A stretch of 60,440 bases of DNA, from the IMG/VR virus record IMGVR_UViG_3300037070_004226, positions 1 through 60,440 of that record. One strand, written 5' to 3'. The position numbers and the translations under genes are program-made. The notes beneath the pieces were generated by a model. That model saw only the letters and a list, made by a program, of their open reading frames with translations. It was not told where the DNA came from and made no database searches. This document shows positions 1 to 12,400 of the stretch, in pieces; the stretch's first letter is position 1, and each line of letters opens with the position of its first letter. The DNA comes from a virus (lineage: Duplodnaviria; Caudoviricetes).

Positions 1-792
1 CTCAAGGTGGCCTACGTGGACGGTGACACCGACGACCCAGTGCGCCGGGCGATGTTCTGGGATCTGAACCACGGGAAGCTCGATTACATTTGCAACGTCC
101 AGGTGATCGAGCGGGGAACAGATATTCCGCGAATCGGCTGCATCCAGTTGTGCGTCGCCGTTGGAAGCGTGGTCAGATACCGCCAGATGATCGGCCGCGG
201 CAGCCGGATTCACCCCGAGAAGACCGACTGCTTGGTTCTCGATCATGGGGGGAACATCCTCCGGCACGGCTTCTTCGAGGATGACCCGCCGTGGTCCCTG
301 GATCGTTCCGAGAAGAATCCCGGCGATCACAAGACCCGCCCTTCGATTGAATGCCCCCAGTGCCAGGCGATCTACCGTGGTGGGAAGTGCCGCCAGTGCG
401 GCTATGAACCGTCCGAGAAGGAACGACGCGGGCAGGGGCTGGAATTCGATGGAACCGAGCTCGCCGAGGTTAAAGCCAATGAGAAGGCCACGATCAAGGT
501 CTGTTCTGCCGAGGTTCTGATGGTGCGTGCCCTCTATATCGCGGGGAAGTCCGGTCGAACCTGGCGGCAGTGCTGTGGGATCTTCAACGGTCTCTGCAAG
601 CGGCAGGGGACGCCCGGCTACCGAATCCCAAACTCAGTTCAGGTGGCAGGGAAGCGATACCAGATGCCCAAGATGGGAACTTACGACGGGGGGCGGAAGG
701 TGATGGATCTGTTCCCGTTCACGATTGAGAAGGGGAATCATGGCGGAAATTACCTGGAAGAGCCCCAGGAGAGGCAACATTCAGCGTTTTAG
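1..792 (+). CDS. SF2 (DEAD/DEAH-like) helicase, C-terminal part, 5'-truncated by the window (allele A)
   Basis: Motif V-like GTDIP, motif VI QMIGRGSR, and CxxC..CxxC Zn finger. Near-identical to the C-terminus of 56353..57951. Confidence 0.9.
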   Translation, partial: LKVAYVDGDTDDPVRRAMFWDLNHGKLDYICNVQVIERGTDIPRIGCIQLCVAVGSVVRYRQMIGRGSRIHPEKTDCLVLDHGGNILRHGFFEDDPPWSLDRSEKNPGDHKTRPSIECPQCQAIYRGGKCRQCGYEPSEKERRGQGLEFDGTELAEVKANEKATIKVCSAEVLMVRALYIAGKSGRTWRQCCGIFNGLCKRQGTPGYRIPNSVQVAGKRYQMPKMGTYDGGRKVMDLFPFTIEKGNHGGNYLEEPQERQHSAF

Positions 793-800
793 AGGAAGCA

Positions 801-1298
801 ATGCTCACAAAAAGAATTATCACCGACATCGCTGGCACAGCGCCGTACCTGATTCGCTGGTCGCTCTGGCTGCCGTTTGGCCTCAGTCTGAAGTTGCATC
901 AGATCGTTCGCCACGACGACGACCGCTGCAAGCATGACCATCCGTGGTGGTTCCTGAGGATTATTCTCTGGGGCGGGTACGAAGAAGAGTTCAGGAATTC
1001 CAAGAGAAACCCGCCTGGAAGCGCCCACGGATACAACCGGACGGCACTTCGCAAGCCGTGGCGTCCGTGGGCTCCCTGGAGAATCTACTACTGCGGACTT
1101 GATTTCGAGCATCGCATAACGCGACTGCTCGCCGGTCCATCGTGGTCACTGGTTTTGTGCGGCCCGCGATTCCGCGAGTGGGGATTCTTCACGCGGCAGG
1201 GATGGATGCAGTGGCGGTCGTTCGTCGATGAATCGCGGTCGAAACGTGTGCTGTGGTGCGACGACGACAGAGTTCTCAATGATGATGCCGAGTTTTAA
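801..1298 (+). CDS. Conserved phage hypothetical protein, possibly cupin-like (allele A only)
   Basis: HDHPW...ILWGGYEE and HRI motifs; GAGGA RBS; absent from allele B. Confidence 0.65.
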   Translation: MLTKRIITDIAGTAPYLIRWSLWLPFGLSLKLHQIVRHDDDRCKHDHPWWFLRIILWGGYEEEFRNSKRNPPGSAHGYNRTALRKPWRPWAPWRIYYCGLDFEHRITRLLAGPSWSLVLCGPRFREWGFFTRQGWMQWRSFVDESRSKRVLWCDDDRVLNDDAEF

Positions 1299-1319
1299 CC
1301 CTTTTCATAGGAGCATGTT

Positions 1320-1604
1320 ATGGCGAAGAAGAAGATCAAAGTCCCGAAGGAATCACAGACGTACATCGAGGGAACCGCCGAGGAGCGGATTCCAGCGATT
1401 GAACGGGCCGCCTCTGCCTATGCGGACTTCCGCGACCAACGGATTGAGGCCGGTGAGCAGGAGGTCAAGCTGAAACAGAAGCTGATCAGCGTGATGAAGG
1501 ACCATAGCCTCGAAACGTACAAGTTCGATGGGTTCATGGTGATTCTGACCCACGTTGACGAGGACGAGATCAAGGTGAAGAAGCTGCGGGCGGCGAAAGA
1601 GTAG
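1320..1604 (+). CDS. Hypothetical 94-aa protein (allele A)
   Basis: AGGAG RBS; differs from 57991..58275 by one residue with several synonymous changes. Confidence 0.85.
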   Translation: MAKKKIKVPKESQTYIEGTAEERIPAIERAASAYADFRDQRIEAGEQEVKLKQKLISVMKDHSLETYKFDGFMVILTHVDEDEIKVKKLRAAKE

Positions 1605-1666
1605 GGCTGGCCTCTGAAACGTGGACCCTCTATTCCGAGGGTTGCGCGTCATGCCAGCCGCTTTTC

Positions 1667-1898
1667 ATAACCCCCAGTTGGGCAAAGGTACTTGGCTCCC
1701 CCACCGACGGCTGCGGCTCTAAGCGGGGAGCGAACAAATCAGTCACCTACAGCAAGCGGGAAAGCCGTAGGCAAGGTGCATGATTGAAGCTGGAGGAACC
1801 GGGTTCGCCCGGTTGGGTTGGTGATGAGCCAACGAGTGCGGCAGCTTACCAAATAACTCGCGGGGTTTAGGTTTCTTTGCGTTTCACGCTGGAGTTGA
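1667..1898 (+). ncRNA. Candidate structured non-coding RNA (allele A)
   Basis: ORF-free, conserved in both alleles, multiple nested helices, UUCG hairpin with a compensatory indel between copies. Confidence 0.6.
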
Positions 1899-1901
1899 TC
1901 C

Positions 1902-2108
1902 ATGCCCTACAGTGACCCGTGCTCTGAGAAGGGCCAGCACCCGCTTCCAACGGTGTGCAAGTGGTGCGGCAAGGAGGGAAGTACGTGCTGGTTCAAGAAT
2001 AACCCCGGAATGTGCTTTGAGTGTGGCACAGTCTGGTTTCCGGTGTCCGCCTACGCTAAACGGCCCGAGCCTGAATGGGTTCGGAACCTGGAGTTCTGCA
2101 AGCCATGA
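1902..2108 (+). CDS. Small Zn-finger-like hypothetical protein (allele A only)
   Basis: CKWC and CFEC motifs; GGAG RBS; ATGA overlap with the next gene. Confidence 0.6.
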   Translation: MPYSDPCSEKGQHPLPTVCKWCGKEGSTCWFKNNPGMCFECGTVWFPVSAYAKRPEPEWVRNLEFCKP

Positions 2109-2404
2109 CCATCAGCGAAGACTTCCAGAAGCGCCAAGCCGAGAAGCCGGACCAATTCACCCTGGCCTGGTGGAACCAGCAGTACACGGAGCTGCACAAG
2201 GACGTCCGCGGAGCAACCCACGGAATTCATCTGGCCCTGGCCGACAACGAAGACCTCGGAAAGGCGGTCAAGGAGCTTCACGGACGGGTTCAGGCGCTGG
2301 AAGCGGCCGGCGAGCTCGACCGGGCCAAGATCGGAGAGCTTCAGGCGCGAGTCGAGAAGATGGCCGACTGGGCCGCTAAGTTAAAGAACGGTAAGAATCC
2401 CTAA
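2105..2404 (+). CDS. Coiled-coil hypothetical protein (allele A)
   Basis: Homologous to 59252..59560; ATG at 2105 overlaps the upstream stop. Confidence 0.8.
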   Translation: MTISEDFQKRQAEKPDQFTLAWWNQQYTELHKDVRGATHGIHLALADNEDLGKAVKELHGRVQALEAAGELDRAKIGELQARVEKMADWAAKLKNGKNP

Positions 2405-2420
2405 CCCCCGGAGCCCGCCC

Positions 2421-2642
2421 ATGAGCGAACTCGAAAAACTACGCAGCCTGCTCGAAGATCTCTGGTCGTGCTTCGACTGCGGCTACCTTGGAAATCAATG
2501 TGGCCACGACGAATCAGAGAATGAGCATGACGATGAAGCCTGCCCGATGTGCGGCTGCCATGTCGGCGACGGCTTCGGCATGGCTGAAAACGACCCGCGA
2601 TACCGAGACATCCTCGCCATCATTAACCGGGAGACGCCATGA
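2421..2642 (+). CDS. Cys-rich hypothetical protein
   Basis: CFDC and CPMC motifs; 5' part repeated at 60262. Confidence 0.7.
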   Translation: MSELEKLRSLLEDLWSCFDCGYLGNQCGHDESENEHDDEACPMCGCHVGDGFGMAENDPRYRDILAIINRETP

Positions 2643-2875
2643 TTTATCTAATCGCCATAGCCCTAGCTGCCATCCGCATCGCGGGCCACAAGTCCGAAGC
2701 GTTCCAAGCGGTCGCTCATCTTTTCATCGGCTGGCTCATCGGTGCTGGTGTTTATCAACGGGCTACTTGGACCGAAGGCCGCTCGGTAGCAATGCAAAAG
2801 ATTTGGCTGGCAATCGGCTTGTCAGTTGTGGAAGTGATTTGTTTTTTAATTGGAAGGTTTTTTACTCAGGAGTGA
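2639..2875 (+). CDS. Small membrane protein
   Basis: Three hydrophobic segments; ATGA coupling to the upstream gene. Confidence 0.65.
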   Translation: MIYLIAIALAAIRIAGHKSEAFQAVAHLFIGWLIGAGVYQRATWTEGRSVAMQKIWLAIGLSVVEVICFLIGRFFTQE

Positions 2876-2878
2876 TTT

Positions 2879-5800
2879 ATGAGCAGCAAAATGGAATGGG
2901 TTGAACACGTTGACAGTTGGGGCCAGAGGTGCGAGCCGAAGCCAATGTCGCTTCTGGTGTTCCACCTTGGCAATTGGAGCGAAGTCATCACCGTGACTCC
3001 CGAAGGCGATGCGGTGGTTGATTTGATCTCCTACCAGGGTGCCGAGAAGCTGGGAATTTATCTCGGCAGCGGGATGGTTCTTGCTGCCACAAGAGCGGAA
3101 TCCAAGGAGACGTAGATGTTCACGGTCTTTGTTTTAGGGGCAGTCATCGGTGCTGCCGTTGGTCTGGTGTTGCTTCTCAATTACTTAGAAATGCAAGGAC
3201 CGTGGGCATGACTTATCAACTCGTAAATGGCCCGCAAGACGGCGGCAAGGTCAAACAAATTGGCAACGAGATGCCAGCGACGGTTTTCGTTGGTCCGAAG
3301 TGGCTTGGTGACGGCTACGTTGCTTGGGGCCGCGAGCGTTGCAAAAGGTTTCCGTGTCGCTATGACTGGGACGGAGCTAATTTTATGTTTCAAAGGAGCC
3401 AACCATGACCCCCGACGTTCAGACGATTGAGCGGCTGACCAGGGAGCGGGATGAGGCGATGAAGGAGTTAGAGGCCGAACGGCACACGTTCCTCATGGAA
3501 AATCAGCGGGCTACGGAACTTATTGATGCCCTCAAGGCCAAGATGGCGAAGGTGGAGGCGTGGGCGGAAGATATGGGCGACTGCAAATTGTTGTGCGACG
3601 GAAAACTGCGTAGCATCCTCAGCCCGTCAGTGAAAAATGGAATGGAGGAAGCAGAGCGATGAGCGAGAAGCGACTTAGAAAAATCGCCCTCTACCTTGAG
3701 TACATCGCGTTCATTCTCAAGGAGGAAGCGGACAATCATGGACGGAAGAACGCTCGTAAACGTCGCGGACTCAAGGCGGAACGTGATAGCCTCTTGTCCC
3801 AAATGGAACAATTTTCTCACCCCGAAAGGTTCAAGGACTTGCCATGAAAAGACAGGGAATCATTCTCGGTAGCAATGAAGGCCATTATCGCTGGTTTCTC
3901 AAGTGGGTTGGCACTTGGTCCCCCAGAGAGAAGATGCTTCGCGTTTGCAGATTTGTGTACCGTGGCGGACCTCGTGGAAGCTTGCCGGGACAACCAGGAG
4001 GTGGGTACACAGCGAAACTTTCTCTGGCCTTGCGTCCGTCCTTGTTCAGCTTTAAGCGAAGCAGGCACGAATGGGAAGCGACCCTGCTTGGCGTGCGAAT
4101 CCATCACCAGAAATCATTTGGCGGATGGTGCGTCTAATCAATTCTAACGCCCGCTCAGGGCGGGGAGGGGTGAAGAGGATGATTTGCCACGTTAAGGCCA
4201 TGTTCGCCTGCGACGATTGCGGGACTGAATTTATCGTGTCGCTGGAACCGGCCTACGAGCCACCTGCCGGATGGTCTGTCTTTGCGGTTGCCGAAGACGC
4301 CATTCGCGGCGGGCAAGGTTACGAGGATGGAGTCGAAGGCTCTATGCCGGGGCCGTGGAGCAGCGGTTCTGTTGGCGACGATGGACGGCATTACTGCGAC
4401 CGCTGCACGAGAAAACGAGACACAACCTAAACCCCCGAAAGGCAGCCATGAGCAAAATTGACGAAGCCGCGAAGGAAATTCTCTGCTGGCTTTACGATGA
4501 CTCTGGCGATGCGGAAGCGGACCTGAAAGCCATCCTCCGCAAGCACTTCGCCGAGCCGGGGGAACTGCCCGTCAAAGTTCCACCCTCCCGCTACCTGGAA
4601 AGCTACGCTGGCCAGAAGCTCGTCATGGTGAACCGCGAGGACTTGGAAGAGTGGGCTAAGGCGTTTGAACCAAAGGAATGAAAGGACTCACCACATGGAC
4701 GGGGACGCGAAGCGAGTCATTGAACGGCTGAGAGAAATCACCGCCAAGATCGGCGTGCCTGTGAACCTGCCAGCGGGGCGGGAGATAGAGATACACGCCA
4801 AGCCGGGGGAGGTGCCTGTCATGCGCTTCGATAAGGCGGGGGCGGAAGACTCCGCAGAGGAACGAATCGAAGAGCTTTTGGACGGTGACGACCCGATTGA
4901 CGTAATGCCGACCCTGGAAGCGAGAATGTTGGCCGAGAGAATCTTGGAGGTGTTGAAATGAGTGGCCTGCCAGAAATGATTGACACGCTGGAAACAAAAC
5001 TCAAAGAGCGAGAGGAAGAACTCGATTCTATCCGAGAGAAAGTCATTGCTCTGGAACTCGCCAACAGTGACATCACTCGCCTTAAGACCTGCGAGGCCGC
5101 TTGGCTCGGAGTCGTGGAAGCACTTCAGCCTGACCCGCACTTTCAAAAACTAACAAATGAGATGAGCCATGCAGGCGCCGCCAAGACGTGGGTTCAAGGA
5201 ATGGTGCAAGACTATGCGGACATCGGCAGCGGAGACAAAGGAACTACGAACGTATCTAATGTTCCTGCGGTTCAAGAGAATCGCCCGCTGGTTGGTAAAT
5301 GCCGAGTTGAAATAACGGGCCGCATTCTCTGCACGAAGGACTCCCCTTGGAATCCAGAGCTTCCCGGCAACGTTGCCCATCCCGACGCCGAGCTTGTCAG
5401 CAGCGGAGAGTACCGCGACTTGTACCGTTGCCCTCACTGCAACACGACGTTTCATGTGGAGTTGCCGGAATGAACACTCCATTGATTTTCAGTGGCATCC
5501 CGTTTTCGTCTCAGCGGATCATCGTTTACCGCGTTGGCAAAAGCATCACCGTGGGCATTAGCGGAACCGGCGGTACGCTCGAAATGGGGACTGAGTATTT
5601 TGACTTGGGGCCGGTGCCGAAGTTCTCTGACCCACCGCGCAGTCCAAACTGCTGCGGCTGCGATATGCCACGAGCGGACTGCGTTTGCAACGTCACCTAA
5701 CCAAAGGAGAATTGAAATGGGATTTGCTCACCACGGGTCGAATGAAGAATCGCAATTGATGAAGCTGTTCATTGAACAAACTCAGGGGCGTGCCAAGCGG

Positions 5801-6406
5801 GCATTCTCCGAAGGTCGCATCAATGCCACTGACGATGGCGACTTGGCGTGTGCGATCACGACAGACCGCCTACATGGGAAAATCGTCATGGACTTTGGGA
5901 AGCCAGTAACTTGGCTCGCCATGACGCCCGCCGATGCCGTCAGTTGGGCGAAGCAACTCATTCAGCGGGCGAGAGAAATCAGCAAAGAGCCAATCGTCTT
6001 GGAGCTGTAGCATGAATACCGAAGAATTCATTGCCGAGTGCGAAAAGTGGGCAGCGGCGTTTGGGAATTCACACGCCGAACTGCCGCTGCCGACTAGCGA
6101 GGGCTGGTGGTGGGAGTGGGTCGATGGCGAGTGGGACATGAGGCATATTGTGAATGGGCTGGAAACGTGTAATCCCGGTCGCTGGGTCAAGGCGATTCCG
6201 CCCACGGAAAGGGGGCAGGGATGAGTGAGCCTTGGACGGAAGAACAATCGAAATGCACCGGAACTGTGGTGAAGCAGCCCGATGGCTCTTTGCTTTGTCC
6301 GGCCTGCGGGCGGAAGTGGCCGCCGATTGTGAATGAAAAAAAGCTGGCGAAGCAAGCCACGGCTAAGGCGGCAGCGATTCCAGTTGAAGCGGTGGAATGG
6401 ATTTGA
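2879..6406 (+). other. Cluster of short, tightly coupled hypothetical early genes (2879-3115, 3202-3408, 3405-3662, 3659-3847, 3844-4137, 4179-4430, 4448-4681, 4695-4961, 4958-5473, 5470-5700, 5717-6010, 6012-6224, 6221-6406)
   Basis: Head-to-tail ORFs with ATGA overlaps and purine-rich RBSs; several carry CxxC pairs; no recognisable function. Confidence 0.7.
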
Positions 6407-6413
6407 AAGGGAG

Positions 6414-9400
6414 TTACTCTAACCCGAGACCGGCCAGAGCTCGCAGCTTCTTCCGGTAGGAATCCTTCAGTTCCCCAGTGTCCTTCTCCCTGATCGAACC
6501 GCGTTTCCCGGTGGAATCAGGCTTCAGGTAGTATTCCTGAAGCAGGGACTGAGCGTCTTCGATGGCCCCATCGGCCTTCAGCTTCTGGAACTGGGCCTGA
6601 GCTCGAACAAGGGACCGCCGTTCCCGCTCGTAGGACTCCGCATCCTTGTACTTGGACTCGTCCTTCAGGGGTTCCGTGGCCGCATACACCGTCCGCTGCA
6701 AATAGTCGCTGACGATCTTCTGGACCTCCTCGGGGGCGTCCTTGGCGACCAGCGGGTTCGGGTTCCCCTTCAATTCGTCGTAACCCAGGGCGGAGCGGGC
6801 GAGGCCCACGACGTACGGCTGGTACTGGTAATCCCGCCGGCCAGTCCCTCCCTCCCGTTCCAGATTGCGAATCTCCGTCATCATCTCGGCGTAGCCGTCC
6901 AGCACGGCCTGCTTCCCGGTGGTCTCGTCCGAAACCTTCCCGGCAGCCTTCTCCCGGTGTCCCTGGATCTTCAGATTCTCCAACTCCGTGTAGAAGTCGC
7001 TGACGGAACGCGCCTGATGCCGGTCGAGGACAAGTCCCCGCAGGAAGGGAATGTGTTCCGGGCCCAGCCGGCCGTCTCGAGCCGAGTCATACAGGTCTGT
7101 CATGCGGTGATAGAACCCGCCCGATGCGCTGGAAAGCAGGTGATCGGTCTGAATCGGGCTGATTCCGAGATAGGGGCCAGAGACTTGGCCAATCGAATTC
7201 GATGCCCGCGACGTGTAGGGGGTGGTCTGCTGCTCTTTGGGAAGGTCCTTCAGGTAATCCGGCGTCAGGTCTCGCCCGCGGAAGTAATCGTAATCCGCCA
7301 CAAAGGTCTCCACCAAGCCACGCCCCAGGCCGCCACCCGTGGGGATTCGTCCGCCGAAGTCCCTCAGAACCACGTCGGACGTGTCCCTGGCGTCGTCGTG
7401 ATACCAGGCGTCGAGCATGTTCTCGGTGAGGTTCGAGATAACCGCCGAATCCCGCGGCTTGGGGATTCTCAGGTAGGTCTTCCCGTTCCGGCCCCAGGTC
7501 CAGTAGCCGTCCCGCAGATGAGCCTCTTGCTCGCGCCAGTCGTCGTCATCATGCCGAAGCAGCCAGTACAAGATGCTCGTGGAGGCCAGAGCGCTGAGGT
7601 ACACGACGTACCGGGCGGCGCGTGTCCCCTCGACGTCCTTCTTCCCGAGCGACTTCAGCCCCTTAATCTGCCCCCACTGGCGGTGAGAAGCCTGAATTGC
7701 AGCGTTGAAGAACGGCAGGAACGCCTCGACGTACTGCCCCTTGGCCCCGATTCGCTTGAAGTTGACCGTGGCTTCCGCCATCGCTACTGCGGCCTTGATC
7801 CGGACGTGCTCCGGAAGACGGTCGACCTCCTGGCCAATCTCGACGTTGTACCAGTTCCCATCCCGGATCTCGAACCCCTCTTCCCTGATTGCAGCCTCTG
7901 CATCAGCCAGCCGGGGCGGGGCGTCAGAAACGGCGATCAGGTCCATCATCCCCTGCAATACGCTCTCGGCGGAATCGCCGGGTCGGGACAGAGTGATTCC
8001 CAGCTTGCTCAGTACCGACTTGCCAATCCGCCGGCGGCGATAGCGAGTCCTGCTTTCGGCGTCGTGACCGACGACTGAATAGACCTTGCCGCCCGATTCC
8101 TCGTACAGGCGGATGAGCGGGTCGTTGGCTTTGTGCCCTGTCAGCTTGCGGGCCTTCTCGGCGATGTACCGGCCGAGCATCTCAGGAGGCTTCCCGAGCG
8201 TGGAGAGTCCCTTAGCGTGCCGGGCCTTCCCCTGGAATTCCCAGTAGTCCCGCAGCAGGTTGGCCGTGCCGAAGCCCGTGGAAGCACCCACGGCACCGGT
8301 CTTGAACCAGCGGGCCGCTTCCCGGAAGACGGACATGAACGGGCCGAACTGGACTTCATCCATCCCGGTAGTCGTCGCGTACAGGTCTTGGTCCAGCTCG
8401 TACATCAGGGGGTTCCCCTGCTTGTCGTAGATCAGAACCGTTCGCTTGGAAGCGTTGGGGGTGTAATCCGGCCGCCAGAGGGAAATGACCGCCAGTGCGT
8501 TGGGCTCCTCCTGGGCGGCTTCCATGAGGGCGTCGACGTCGACCTCCCCGTCCTCTTCTTCAATCCCATGCCTCTCGGCGAACCACTTCAGCGACTTCTC
8601 GCTGACCGTTTCCGGGGAATTGAGAAGCTGGGCCGCAATCTTCATCGCTCGGGAGTCATCCGCCTCGACGACACCCTCGTCGACCAGGGTATCCAGAATC
8701 TCCTCGATGTTCCCCTGCGTCACCTTCCGCTTCGGGTCCACCCGGTCCATCAGACCGCCCATGCCTCCGACGCCGCCCAGCTTCGGGTCCAGCGTCTCGG
8801 CGAGAACGTGCTGCTGGCGGGCCTGAATCGCCCGGCCGTAGAACCGCATCGCCTGGGCAACCGTGGCGTCGATCGGGTCGATGATCTGCCGGCCAGAACC
8901 CTTCCTCGACCGTCCCTTGACCGCCTTCCCGAGGTTGACGAAGCCCACCCCGCTTCCCGCGAACCGGCCTTTGTCTCCCTCCCGCACTCGATGCAGGGGG
9001 AAATAGTTCTTCCCGCCGTAGTACCGGAGCATGTTGTCTGCCTGGTCCTGGGGCAGGGCGCCCGCTTCCACCAGCATCTTCAGCAGGTCGTTGTTGAACT
9101 GGGCGAGACCCTGGGCGAACGCCTCGAACCTATCCGACTTCCCGCTCGCCTCGACTTCGCTGATCCAGTTCTCGGCGTCCTCGACATCGAAGGCGGTGTT
9201 GTAACCAGGCTTCTTCTCTTCCATGAACAGGGTATGCCTGGCTGCCGCGTACAGAACCGCGTCTTCGTACTCTCCGTCGGATTCCAGATGGTCCCGCAAT
9301 CCCCACAGGGAGGTCGTGCCGATGGGCTTCCCGGTCTGAAGCGACTTGACCCCTTCCTCGAAGGCGATCGTGGCGTGGGACGAGGCCGACATGAAATGGG

Positions 9401-12400
9401 CCATCGTCAGGTCGTAGATGCCGATTCCCTTGTGGCCTTTCTTCTTGGCTGCCTCCTGGATCCATTCGAGCGTGTGGAACTTGTCCACGAAATCGGTCTT
9501 GAGCCGGTTCACGAACCGCCGACTCTTCGCCAGCCATTCCTCCTTGAAGCTCAGGTCCTTTGGCTGCTTGTCGGAGATCAGGGAAGCGAGCCGGGCGAAC
9601 GCGCTCTGATTGGAGAACTGCTGGGCATACCCCCGGAACTCGGCGATGGACTTCGCCACTTCGGGATGTGCCGGCAGCCACGTTCCCTCGAACCAGGCGT
9701 AAGTCTGCGGGGCGTCGATAGCGGGATTCGGAACCTGCTTCCCATTCACGTCGATCGGCGGCTCGGTCATGTACCGGCGAAGGAATTCCGCCCATCCCTC
9801 GAAGACCCGCCCCTTCTGAGGTTCGTAATCCAGCCGCTTGATCTCGGTCTTGACCTCCTTCGGCATTCCCCGGACGGCCTTGGTGGTCTCGTCGATATGG
9901 TGGGCGACTTCGTGAGCTATGACTCCCAGGCTGGCGAAATAGTCCTCGCCGGTGCGAATCACTGCCGGGCTTGGGGGACGGGATTTCCCCGAGAGCCATT
10001 TGTAGATCCCGGCTGCGCGGTCGCTGAATCCCTCCTGCCGGATGGGCACGTTGAACAGCCGCTCGGCCGTCTTCTGAATGTCGGCCGCGGCGATGGGTGC
10101 TTCGCCCTCGGTCTTGGGCTTGGAGGAACGGGTCTGCCGCGTTATGCCGGCCTGCAAGCTGGCAACGCCTTCGCCTTCTTCCTGGGTGGCTTTGTCGGCG
10201 GCCTGCTGGGTTGGGGTCTTGGCCTGGAATGGCTTCCCGCCTTCCAGGAAGTGAATCTTGGCGAGTTGCTCCTCGGCCATCCTCGCCGCACCGGGAAGAA
10301 GTGTCGATTGCTCGACACGCCACTTATCGCCCTTCCCTACAAGGGAAACACGTTTACCAGCCTCTTTTTTTAGGTAATGGGCGCTTCCGCCCCAGGTGGC
10401 GCTCACTCCGTTCTCGGTCACTTTGACATTGGAGAATCCGACGTTCTTCAGCGTGCGGCCCACTGCTTCGGAAGCGCTGATCTGCTGAAGCCCGATGTCT
10501 TCCAGGTTGATTCCGACGGTCTGCCCTTCAGTTAATTCGCTGGGGTGGAGGTTGAACGATTCCGGGTTCAGGGTGTATGTCACTCCGTCTCGGAAGACGA
10601 GTTGCTTCTTGGAATTGACGGTGAAGATGGGTTCGTAGGCGAATTCGGGGACCTGCTTGGCCATCTCCTTCACCATCGCCAGCCCGTGCGTCTTGAGCCC
10701 GAATAATTCCGCGCTTTTGTGTTTCCCCAAGTCGAACGAGTCCAGAACTTTATCGGCCTTGACCTTCGTTTTGGCTACCTCGGTGTGCTTCTCGTCTGGT
10801 CGTTTCCTGGCATTTGAGCGGGCTTCCTTCAGGCGAACCTTCTCCTCTTCGTCACGCTTCTTCTCGGCGGCAGCGTTGGACTTGCGTTGCTTGGCGTCCT
10901 TCGATTCCTTGAACGACCTCTCGGCCTGAAGCACCGCATCCTGTTCTTCCTTGGACACGTAGTTGTCCAGAAGCGGCTGCGGGGCGACCCACGACTCGTT
11001 GCCGTGGGATTCAATGCGGTACTTGCCTCTCGCCGGGTCGAATTCGTGGACCGTGATAGTGGTATAAGCGCGGCCCTCGCGTTCCAGGGAATACCTCACG
11101 CCGGCGGGGACTGGCGGGAATCCTGCTCCGGCGACTCGATAGTATTCGTCCTCGGCTTTCTTCGCGGCTTCCTTGCGGTCCAGGGCGGCCTGCTTGGCCT
11201 GCTCGATCTTCTTCGCCTGGGCAGCCATCTCGGGGCTGGCCTTCACTATGTCTTCGGCGTTCTTGATGGCACCGGCGTACTGCTTGGCTGCGGAGTAACC
11301 GTGCTTGCCGCGACCACCGAAAGGGATTTTCAGGTTGCGGGCCGCTGTCTGGAACAGCGATTTCTCCAACTTGCTGAGCGCGACTTCTTCCGTTGGAATA
11401 GCTTGCTCTGCTGTTTCCCGGTCTTCCCTGGCCTTCGACCATGCCTTGTACTCCCCTTCGCCGACGCCTTCCGGCCCCTTGGTGTAATCGGCCAGCTTCC
11501 GGTTGCCGAGTTCCTTCGTGACCGCGACCTTCAGGTTGTCACCGCCATCGGAGTACGACTGCGTGCCTTCGTTCTTTCGGGATAGGTGGCGAAGTGCGGC
11601 ATCCGACAGCTTCGACAGGTCGTACTCATCATCCTTGAGCGTGATCGAGCCACTTGCTTCCTGGGCCTTCTTCTCTTCGACTGGGGGAAGCGGTTCTGGA
11701 ACTGCCTTGGCTTCGGCACGCAGCCGGTATTCTTCGTTGTACTTGCGGTTGGCCTCCTTCATCTCCTTGACACGTTCCTCTTGTGTCGCAATCTTCTGGC
11801 TGATCTCAATGCGAATCGGCGGCGGGACCATCGGGCCGCTTCGCTTCTCAAACCTCTTGCGGGCGGCTTCTGCTGACTGTGCCGCTTTGCGAACCTCTTC
11901 CGACGAGTGCGGCGGCTTGTAAGGCTCGTCCTGAATCGCTTCCGCCTTGGCTTCTGGCTCCTTCGGCTGAACTGGGGGAACGGGTTCGTCGGCCTGCTTC
12001 TGCGTCTCCATGAACTGAATCGCGGAATCCCTGCCATCGAAGGTGGCAACTGGACCGCCGCGTTCGTCACCGGCTGCGAAGACTCCGAACTTCGTCCCCG
12101 TCTCAGTCTCCACGGGGCCAAGGCGGTATTTGCCGATTTCCGCCGCGTAGGCTTTGAAGTATTGGTCCTTCCGTCCCTTGCTTTTAACAGGCCCCACCGC
12201 TTCCTGGGGGGCCACTGGCGTCACCGGAACGACTGGGGTGGGTTCTGGGGACGAATCGGGCTGGGGGGCCGCTGGGGGCGTTTCTGGGGGCTTGGGACCC
12301 ATCCAGTCCGAAACGACCTGCTCAAGGGTTTTCCCCTCGGGAACCGCCTTGGAATAGTTTTCATCGCCAAAACCCTTGGTAATCCATTCTGCGACCGCCT

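Larger units (their letters stand above)
1..2595 (+). repeat. Imperfect terminal direct repeat, copy A (allelic to 57160..60436)
   Basis: Same helicase 3' end, 94-aa gene, non-coding element, ~100-aa gene and Cys-rich gene start occur at both ends, with SNPs and gene indels. Confidence 0.95.

Noticed and set aside
1667-1898. Assignment of the structured element to a group I/II intron, RNase P, tmRNA, SRP or a known ribozyme
   Set aside because: The diagnostic conserved cores were not found by eye; left unclassified.
1-2595. Diversity-generating retroelement template/variable repeat pair
   Set aside because: No reverse transcriptase is present. Differences are mostly synonymous changes or gene-sized indels, not adenine-specific.
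6957-10373. Long + strand ORFs (373 aa and 746 aa)
   Set aside because: Antisense to the giant gene in GC-rich DNA, with no recognisable motifs.
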